Below, one piece after another: positions 57,150-64,000 of a DNA stretch of 64,000 bases. Source of the stretch: an uncultured delta proteobacterium (lineage in GTDB: Bacteria > Desulfobacterota > Binatia > UBA9968). The stretch lies in assembly GCA_963745835.1 (NCBI GenBank), contig CAVUZH010000018.1:320001-384000 (forward strand), read 5' to 3'. The translations under genes were made by a program, and so were the position numbers. Under the pieces are notes generated by a model. The model saw only the letters and a program-made list of their open reading frames with translations, searched no databases and was not told where the DNA came from. Position 1 is the stretch's first letter. Each line of letters starts with the position of its first letter.

Positions 57150-59135
57150 ATGAAAGCTTCCGGCATACAAAAACTCATCGCCGCCGTACTGCTCGGTGCC
57201 CTCGCACTTACAACCACCCAAGGCCAGGCACAGCCGGTGCAACCGAAACCTGCGACGTCAGCAACGAAGGAAGTTAACGCTGCGGTCGAGAAGGCGCTGC
57301 CGTTCGGCGACAAGTCGGATTTCGAGGACGCGCAGCGCGGTTTCATCGGCAAGCCCGATACGCTGACTATCAAGAACGCCAAAGGCGAAGTGGTGTGGGA
57401 TCTCGAGGCCTATAAGCAGTACATCGGCCTCGACAAGCCCGCGCCCGACACGGTGAATCCGAGTCTGTGGCGCAACGCCCAGCTCAACATGCAGTACGGC
57501 CTGTTCCGCGTCCATCCGCGCATCTTTCAGGTGCGCGGCTACGACCTGTCGAACATCAGCTTCGTGCAGGGCGAGACCGGCTGGATCGTGTTCGATCCGC
57601 TGATCTCGGAGGAAACCGCGAAAGCCGCGTACGAGCTCGTCATCAAGCACCTCGGGAAAAAGCCGGTCGTCGCGGTGGTGTACAGCCACTCGCACGTCGA
57701 TCACTACGGCGGGGTGCGCGGGATCGTCGACGAGAAGGACGTGAGGGCCGGCAAGGTGCAGATCATCGCGCCCGAGCACTTCACCGAGCATTCCATCAGC
57801 GAGAACGTGATCGCCGGCAACGTCATGAGCCGCCGCGCGATCTACATGTACGGGGCGATGCTGCCGCGCAATGCGCAGGGCGGCGTCAACGGCGGCCTCG
57901 GCCAGTCCACCTCGTTCGGGACGCCGGGGCTGATCTTGCCGAACAAAACGATCCGCAGGACCGGCGAAACGCTCAGCGTCGACGGCGTGCAGATGGTGTT
58001 CCAGATGACGCCGGGCACCGAGGCGCCGGCGGAGATGAACACGCACTTCCCGCAGCTGAAGGCGATGTGGATGGCGGAGAACTCGACCAACACGATGCAC
58101 AACATTCTCACGTTGCGCGGCGCGCAGGTGCGCGACCCGCTGAAGTGGGCCGGCTTCCTCGACGAGACCATCGACAAGTACGGCAAGGACACCGAGGTCA
58201 AGTTCCAGAGCCACCACTGGCCGATGTGGGGCAGCGAGAAGATCGTAGACTACTGGAAGAAGCACCGCGACATGTACAAGTACATCCACGACCAGTCGGT
58301 GAACCTGATGAACAAGGGCTACACCGGCATCGAGATCTCGAACATGGTCAAGCTGCCGCCCGAACTGGACAAGCAGTGGTACAACCGCGGCTACTACGGC
58401 ACGGTGAAGCACAACACCCGCGCGGTCTACCAGCGCTACATGGGTTTTTACGACGCCAACCCGTCGACGCTCGACCAGCTGCCGCCGGAGGAGGCGGCGA
58501 AGAAGTACGTCGAGTACATGGGTGGCGCCGCGGCCGTGCTGCAGAAGGCGAAGACCGACTTCGACAAAGGTGAGTACCGCTGGGTGGCCGAGGCGCTCAA
58601 GCACGTCGTCTTCGCCGACCCAAACAACAGGGAGGGCAAGGAGCTGCTGGCGGACACCTACGAGCAGATGGGCTACCAGGCCGAGTCCGGACCATGGCGC
58701 TCCGTGTACCTGCAGGGAGCGTTTGAGCTGAGGAACGGCGTGCCGCAGGCCGGCGGCATCAATACCGCGAGCCCCGACACGATCAAGGCTATGCCGCCGG
58801 AGATGACGTTCGATTACTTCGCCGTGCGCCTCAATGGCGAGAAGGCGGCTGGCAAGAAGATCGTGCTCAATATCGTCTTCACCGACCTGAAGCGGAACTA
58901 CTCGCTGGTAGTCGAGAACGGCGTGCTGAACCATGCGCGCCGGCACGTCGCGAACGCAGACGCCATCCTGACACTGTCGAAGGGGACGCTCGACCGCATC
59001 CAGCTCGGCGAGATGAAGCCCGAGCAGGCCGTCGCTTCGGGCGACCTGAAGCTCACCGGCAAGCGCGAGGCGCTCACCGAGTTCGTTGGCATGCTCGACA
59101 CGTTCCCGTTCTGGTTCAATATCGTCACGCCATAA
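57150..59135 (+). CDS. Alkyl sulfatase (SdsA1-like MBL fold, dimerisation and SCP2-like domains)
   Basis: Signal peptide, VNPSLWRNAQLN, YSHSHVDHYGG, TPGTEAPAEM, SHHWP, FWFNIVTP. Confidence 0.92.
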   Translation: MKASGIQKLIAAVLLGALALTTTQGQAQPVQPKPATSATKEVNAAVEKALPFGDKSDFEDAQRGFIGKPDTLTIKNAKGEVVWDLEAYKQYIGLDKPAPDTVNPSLWRNAQLNMQYGLFRVHPRIFQVRGYDLSNISFVQGETGWIVFDPLISEETAKAAYELVIKHLGKKPVVAVVYSHSHVDHYGGVRGIVDEKDVRAGKVQIIAPEHFTEHSISENVIAGNVMSRRAIYMYGAMLPRNAQGGVNGGLGQSTSFGTPGLILPNKTIRRTGETLSVDGVQMVFQMTPGTEAPAEMNTHFPQLKAMWMAENSTNTMHNILTLRGAQVRDPLKWAGFLDETIDKYGKDTEVKFQSHHWPMWGSEKIVDYWKKHRDMYKYIHDQSVNLMNKGYTGIEISNMVKLPPELDKQWYNRGYYGTVKHNTRAVYQRYMGFYDANPSTLDQLPPEEAAKKYVEYMGGAAAVLQKAKTDFDKGEYRWVAEALKHVVFADPNNREGKELLADTYEQMGYQAESGPWRSVYLQGAFELRNGVPQAGGINTASPDTIKAMPPEMTFDYFAVRLNGEKAAGKKIVLNIVFTDLKRNYSLVVENGVLNHARRHVANADAILTLSKGTLDRIQLGEMKPEQAVASGDLKLTGKREALTEFVGMLDTFPFWFNIVTP

Positions 59136-59162
59136 GGAAGCGCAAACAAAAAAGCTGTAACG

Positions 59163-59343
59163 ATGAAACCTGCAAACAGTACCTCGTGGGCCGCCGCGCT
59201 GGGGCGGATGGGGTGTGGTTGCCTCGGTGCACGCGGCGCGTAGACAAACGCTGAACATTCTCTTCATTCCTACGGACAATCTCGGCTATTCCGAGATTGT
59301 CGTATACGGCGTCGGCATCACGCGCGGCGCAGCGACAAGCTGA
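59163..59343 (+). pseudogene. Arylsulfatase N-terminal remnant
   Basis: Signal-like segment then NILFIPTDNLGYSEIVVYGVGITRGAATS*, matching the PNILFI..DNLGYGE.G.YGGG..RGAPTP start of Cys/Ser-type sulfatases; CxPxR not reached. Confidence 0.65.
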
Positions 59344-59675
59344 CAAGCGAGTCACCCCGATGCTGAAAAATATTTGGCGCGTTCCCGGGGTCTACGAAAG
59401 AGCGTCCGCTCATGCCGATGGGCAGGCCTTATCCGTACGGCCTCTCAAAGGAGTGAACGTAAACAGATACAACACGACGAGGCGCTCGACGAACCTAGGC
59501 AAAAGATTGGAGGGTGATCGTGATGAAGCGATCGGAGGCGGATTTGCGTCCGACAAATCTTGACCCGTCAAATAATTACACGAAAGGACGGACAACAAAG
59601 AGAAGGAAGAGGCAAGTGAGCGCGTCGTTACTTTCGGTACTCGCGAGCCGAATAAGTTCGTAGGAGACCCTTGTT

Positions 59676-61391
59676 ATGCACCGACGTATTTCAATGATTG
59701 CGCTGGTTCTCGCAACGATTCTGGGGACGCTCACGATGTCGTGCGGCCAACACGCCGCGGCGGCAACCGCTCCTGCACGTGGCGTTATTGCGGCGACTGA
59801 TCCATCCGGGATCGATGCAGCGGAGTATGAGCGCGCGCCGGTCACGTTGGACGGTGAGGTGCTGTTTGAAGTGCGGGGGTTTTCGGCTTACCCGGCCGAA
59901 GAACGCGCAAAGACGATCAAACAGCGAATTGAAGAAATCGCGGCCGATCGCTCCGCGGCCATCGAGTCACTGCGCGTGGGCGAAATGGCAGACAGGACCA
60001 GAATCATGGCGGGCGATCGTCTCCTGGTGGCCTTTGTCGATGCCGATGCCGCGGCGGCGGAAGGTGTAACTCGACAGTTACTCGCGGAAAGAGCGCTAAT
60101 AAAAATCAAGACGGCGATCGCCTCTTACCGCAATGCTCGCAGTCCACGTGTCTTGCTGATCAACACTCTGTACGCGCTCGGCGCAACGGTGCTACTGGCG
60201 CTAGTGCTGCTCGTCCTACGCCGCATATTTACCAAGCTGGATGCTATCGCCGAGCGGCGCTTAAGGTCCCGGATCGAAGCATTTGAAGCCCAATCGCACA
60301 AGATCGTTCAGGCGCGCCAACTGAGTAATGCGCTGTTCGGTATTCTCAAAGGGCTGTATCTATCCACGCTCTTGGTGCTCGGCTATTTCTATCTCGAGTT
60401 TGTGCTGTTCCTTTATCCGTGGACAAGGCCGCTCGCGGCGCGGCTCTTTGGAATTCTTTTGGATCCGCTGCAGGCCCTGGGCTTGGGATTGATCGATAGC
60501 CTGCCGGGGATTGCGTTTGTCGCAGTCGTGGTGATCGTGACGCGTTATGTTCTTAGGCTGATGCGGCTGTACTTCGAGAGCGTCGATCGCGGTACCGTTA
60601 CACTTGCCCGCTTTGAGCGTGAGTGGGCCTTGCCGACATACAAAATCGCGCGCCTGCTCATTATCGCCTTTGCGCTAGTGGTGGCCTATCCCTATATCCC
60701 CGGTTCGAGCTCGGAAGCGTTCAAGGGCATTTCGATCTTTCTCGGCGTGGTGGTTTCGTTGGGCTCCTCATCGGTCATCGCCAACCTCATGGCCGGCTAT
60801 ACAATGATCTATCGGCGCGCCTTCAAGGTCGGCGACCGCATCAATATCGACAATGTCACCGGTGATGTGACCGAGCAACGGCTCATGGTGACGCACCTGC
60901 GCACGATCAAAAACGAGGAGATCGTCGTGCCGAATTCGGCGATTATTAACAGCAGTATCATCAACTACAGCACTTTGGCCGCGAGCCGCGGGCTGATTCT
61001 GCATACCACCGTCGGAATTGGTTACGAGACGCCCTGGCGGCAGGTCGAAGCGATGCTGCGGCTTGCCGCCGAGCGCACCCCGGGCCTGCTCAAGGAGCCG
61101 GCGCCATTCGTGCTGCACAAGTCCCTGGACGACTTCGCTGTGACTTACGAACTCAACGCATACTGCGACAACCCACAGGCTATGGCCCGTCTCTACACGG
61201 CGATGCACCAGAATATACTGGATGTTTTTAACGAGCACGGCGTGCAGATCATGACCCCGGCTTACGAAGGCGATCCGGAAACGCCAAAGGTGGTTCCCAA
61301 GGATCAATGGTACCAGGCGCCGGCTAAACCGGGCGATGCGCCGGCTAACGATGGGCGAAACGGTGAGAGTGACAGGGCTAGTGGCGAGTGA
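59676..61391 (+). CDS. MscS-family mechanosensitive channel with periplasmic N-terminal domain
   Basis: SLGSSSVIANLMAG, RAFKVGDRI, VVPNSAI, VGIGYETPWRQV, DVFNEHGVQIMTP. Confidence 0.9.
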   Translation: MHRRISMIALVLATILGTLTMSCGQHAAAATAPARGVIAATDPSGIDAAEYERAPVTLDGEVLFEVRGFSAYPAEERAKTIKQRIEEIAADRSAAIESLRVGEMADRTRIMAGDRLLVAFVDADAAAAEGVTRQLLAERALIKIKTAIASYRNARSPRVLLINTLYALGATVLLALVLLVLRRIFTKLDAIAERRLRSRIEAFEAQSHKIVQARQLSNALFGILKGLYLSTLLVLGYFYLEFVLFLYPWTRPLAARLFGILLDPLQALGLGLIDSLPGIAFVAVVVIVTRYVLRLMRLYFESVDRGTVTLARFEREWALPTYKIARLLIIAFALVVAYPYIPGSSSEAFKGISIFLGVVVSLGSSSVIANLMAGYTMIYRRAFKVGDRINIDNVTGDVTEQRLMVTHLRTIKNEEIVVPNSAIINSSIINYSTLAASRGLILHTTVGIGYETPWRQVEAMLRLAAERTPGLLKEPAPFVLHKSLDDFAVTYELNAYCDNPQAMARLYTAMHQNILDVFNEHGVQIMTPAYEGDPETPKVVPKDQWYQAPAKPGDAPANDGRNGESDRASGE

Positions 61392-61496
61392 CCTGGCGAA
61401 GACTTTACAAAGGAGTTTCAGGTTTCGGATTTCGGGGAAGCTATCTTCCATTACTCCAATATTGCAGGTTTCGGTCTTTCGTAACTCCATCCCTTT

Positions 61497-61514
61497 ATTG
61501 GACTAAAGTCCAAT
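61497..61514. promoter_or_regulatory. Palindromic box copy 3 (perfect)
   Basis: ATTGGACT-AA-AGTCCAAT, 154 nt upstream of next start. Confidence 0.72.
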
Positions 61515-61668
61515 ATACAGCGGCGGCGCCGCGGTGCTAGACAGGGTCACGGTCGAGGGTGAATTGAACGGATAAGCGTTGATGGCCCTCGGTATCCATT
61601 TCGGTAGGCGAGCTGCAGGCATATTGTTGAGTTTGACCTGATAGAACTATTTTAAGAGGAGGAGACAG

Positions 61669-62229
61669 ATGAACAACAATATTTTAGCCGTATTGGTGGC
61701 AATGATGCTGGTCGGCGGGATCAGTTGCGCTCAAGAAACCGCTTCGAAGCCGGGCGCTACGAGTGTCGAAGTCGTTAAATTGAGCGGCATCGTGAAAGCG
61801 ATCGATCGAGAAAAAAAGATGGTGACGGTCGAGGGGTCGGGTGGCAGAACGGTTGTGATCGATGCCACGAACGCGAGAAATCTCGATCAGCTGAAGGTCG
61901 GCGATAAAGTCAATTTGACGTACACCGAAGAAGTAGCGCTTTTCGTAAGAAAGGCAAACGAGCCCCCGAGCCTGACCGAATCGCAAAACGTGGAACTGGC
62001 TCCGAAGGGTGAAAAGCCGGGAGGTGTCATCACCAAGACAATCGAAGTGAGCGGCAATGTCGAATCCATCGACACGACTAATCGGACCATCGCATTGAAG
62101 GGGCCGGCCGGAAATGTCCGGACATATAAGGTGGGTCCGGAGGCAAAGAGGTTTAACGAGATTAAAAGGGGCGATCAAGTCGTGCTGCGGGTTACCCAAG
62201 CCGTGGCGCTGTCGGTGGGGAATCCCTGA
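61669..62229 (+). CDS. Exported protein with two internal OB-fold-like repeats
   Basis: GAGGAGG RBS; SGIVKAIDREKKMVTVEG..LKVGDKV and SGNVESIDTTNRTIALKG..IKRGDQV. Confidence 0.78.
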   Translation: MNNNILAVLVAMMLVGGISCAQETASKPGATSVEVVKLSGIVKAIDREKKMVTVEGSGGRTVVIDATNARNLDQLKVGDKVNLTYTEEVALFVRKANEPPSLTESQNVELAPKGEKPGGVITKTIEVSGNVESIDTTNRTIALKGPAGNVRTYKVGPEAKRFNEIKRGDQVVLRVTQAVALSVGNP

Positions 62230-62277
62230 AAAGAGCTAGAGCAAGAAAAATAGAAATACTCGCCAGGCAAAGTTGAC

Positions 62278-62321
62278 AACAAACCCGGGGAGCGAGGGAC
62301 TCCTCACTCCCCGGGTTTGTT
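62278..62321. terminator. Strong hairpin, probable intrinsic terminator
   Basis: AACAAACCCGGGGAG...CTCCCCGGGTTTGTT 15-bp perfect stem. Confidence 0.7.
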
Positions 62322-62434
62322 CTGGCGCACTGATCGTCGCCCTTCACTGGGAATTTGGCTGTCGAATCGCGGCTCCGTTCGTTAAAGTATCGCCGACGAT
62401 GCCGGTTATGCTGCGATCGTCCGCCTGGCCAGTC

Positions 62435-62670
62435 GAGAATTCGGTTTTCTTGCCGTTGCTGGTGATGCTGAGTTGTTGACCCACCGTGGTTTTCATCAGT
62501 TTCGGTCTCTTCGCTCCTTTTGATGCGACCGTTCTTAGCAGCTTACCTGTCGCCGCGCTGTTTCGGGAGCGATCTTTTAATTGTGTAGATGTGCAGGCCT
62601 TACATTTTGCTTGCCCTCGTGCATCTCGATCAATAGACCGCAGAACCCGAACGCACGTGGCCACTGATCC
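62435..62670 (+). pseudogene. Decayed membrane-protein remnant (DUF4239-like C-terminus)
   Basis: ENSVFLPLLVMLSC*PTVVFISFGLFAPFDATVLSSL..AL then shifted GAIF.IV*M; stops at 62477 and 62586. Confidence 0.5.
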
Positions 62671-62836
62671 AGCGAGCATTGCCGCCGACTAGCGTTTAGG
62701 AGTGTCCGGCTCGAGGCGGAGATCGGTTGACGGTGTACGGTAAACAGCCAGTTTATCAATTATTGGCGTGGACCGGAGAGAATTCGCCGGAGTCCGTCTA
62801 TCACAGGAATCTACAAAGAGGAGAGAGGAAACCTTT

Positions 62837-63541
62837 ATGATTCAGACAAAGATTCTTTCGGGGGGGATTCGCCTGTTGGCGATTTCTTCACTGTTGTTCA
62901 CATCCGGCTGCATCGCGACTCAGGATTGGGTCAAGGAGCAGCTTTCCCCGGTAAACAAACACGTCTCCGACAACGAGGCGAGCATCAATCAAGTGGGCGG
63001 GCGGGTGACCGGTGTCGAAGCTCAGGTGAGCAAAATGGCGACGCAGATCACCGAGCTGCAAAACCAGCTGAGCCAGACCAATGTTAAAGCTGACCGTGCT
63101 CTCGAAAGCCTGCAGCGGCTCAAGCCGGAAAGAAAAATGGTGTTGAATTTTACCGGCGGAGCCCAGTTCGCGAGCAATTCGATCGACTTCAGCGGCCAGG
63201 CGAAAAAAGAGATCGACGGTTTTCTGAGCGATGCGAAAGGTGAGTCGGCCGACGGGAGCAGCCTGCTTTATGTAGTCGCCGGTCACACCGACAACACGGG
63301 CTCGGATAGCCTCAATTACAACCTTTCCAAGCGCCGGGCCGAGAACATCGCCGCTTACCTGATGACGGAAAGAAAAATCGATCCGTCGCGCATTCTTACC
63401 GTCGGCTACGGCGAGCGCTCGCCAGTCGCCGATAATCAGACGGAAGTGGGCCGTGCCAAAAACCGGCGCGTCGAGATTCTCGTTTATAAAGACAACATCG
63501 TTGTCGACGGCGCCGCCGGTGCGCCGCGCGCCGCACGCTGA
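62837..63541 (+). CDS. OmpA-family peptidoglycan-binding lipoprotein with coiled coil
   Basis: TSGC lipobox, GHTDNTG, LSKRRAE, GYGE..PVADN..GRAKNRRVEI. Confidence 0.88.
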   Translation: MIQTKILSGGIRLLAISSLLFTSGCIATQDWVKEQLSPVNKHVSDNEASINQVGGRVTGVEAQVSKMATQITELQNQLSQTNVKADRALESLQRLKPERKMVLNFTGGAQFASNSIDFSGQAKKEIDGFLSDAKGESADGSSLLYVVAGHTDNTGSDSLNYNLSKRRAENIAAYLMTERKIDPSRILTVGYGERSPVADNQTEVGRAKNRRVEILVYKDNIVVDGAAGAPRAAR

Positions 63542-63925
63542 AGTCGGCATGGAGAGGCCCGAAGCTCATAACGCCGGAGGGCCTGTGCGAATGTCAGAGT
63601 CGGCTGGCAAGCCGGCACCGATTATTGGCAGCGAGAAGCGAATGGCAGCGCTGCTTTTATCTTGCTCTCTGTAATTGAGTGGTGTTGGCCTGGCGCTTCG
63701 TCTTTGGCCGTGTGCGTTTGCTGCAGATGCGTGGAGCACCATTGCGAGCCGTGGGCCCCGGCGGATTGAAAATGTCTGGTCCGGGCGGTGCGCTACTTGA
63801 GCTATCCGGGTCTATAGCATCCGACCTGGGGATTCGTGGAATCTATGCTCACCGCAAACATTGAACGCGGTACCTCTTCCATATCGATCGTCAGTACTCT
63901 GGAATTTTTCCCATCGTTTTCGTCG

Positions 63926-64000
63926 CTAATCTGCTGTCGCGTTCTTTACGGCAGCGGCGCCGGCTTCGGCAGCCCTTGCCGGAGGCATTGCGAGAAGGAG
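63926..64000 (-). CDS. Possible C-terminus of a gene entering from the right edge
   Basis: LLLAMPPARAAEAGAAAVKNATAD*. Confidence 0.3.
   Translation of the reverse strand, partial: LLLAMPPARAAEAGAAAVKNATAD

Noticed and set aside
57258-59279. 673-aa antisense ORF over the alkylsulfatase
   Set aside because: Shadow frame expected from strong GC3 bias; no recognisable motifs
62477-62479. In-frame TGA as a second selenocysteine
   Set aside because: Lies in a hydrophobic remnant with other stops and shifts; likely TGG to TGA; no SECIS-like hairpin

Overview
Bacterial genomic window, moderately GC-rich. Gene content (SsuA/THI5-type binding protein, Tat amidohydrolase, double-domain ThyX, double-length UvrA) suggests, by inference only, a soil Deltaproteobacteria/Binatia-like organism. 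Many genes carry single-base frameshifts, probably long-read indel errors. Bases 1-33 kb hold: a K+ homeostasis locus (two APC/KimA-KUP-like transporters, Usp, N-terminally short KdpD, KdpE, two KdpE-like boxes, no kdpABC in the window); an exported peroxiredoxin-like selenoprotein hidden by an in-frame UGA (UPYC plus SECIS-like hairpin); a ketosynthase-methyltransferase-FAD oxidoreductase cluster; thyX; a toxin-antitoxin cluster; queE; uvrA; vapBC. After an IS remnant at about 33.4 kb comes a ~30 kb, almost all plus-strand accessory region of envelope genes (aqpZ, mltF-like, mlaE/F/D-pqiC, lipase-like, alkylsulfatase, mscS, ompA-like). It has two MASE1 sensors, two sigma54-type promoters, a FixJ-type regulator, three copies of an 18-bp palindrome (ATTGGACT-AA-AGTCCAAT) and several decayed gene remnants. 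No rRNA, tRNA or CRISPR array was seen. All calls come from reading the sequence; no database search was run.
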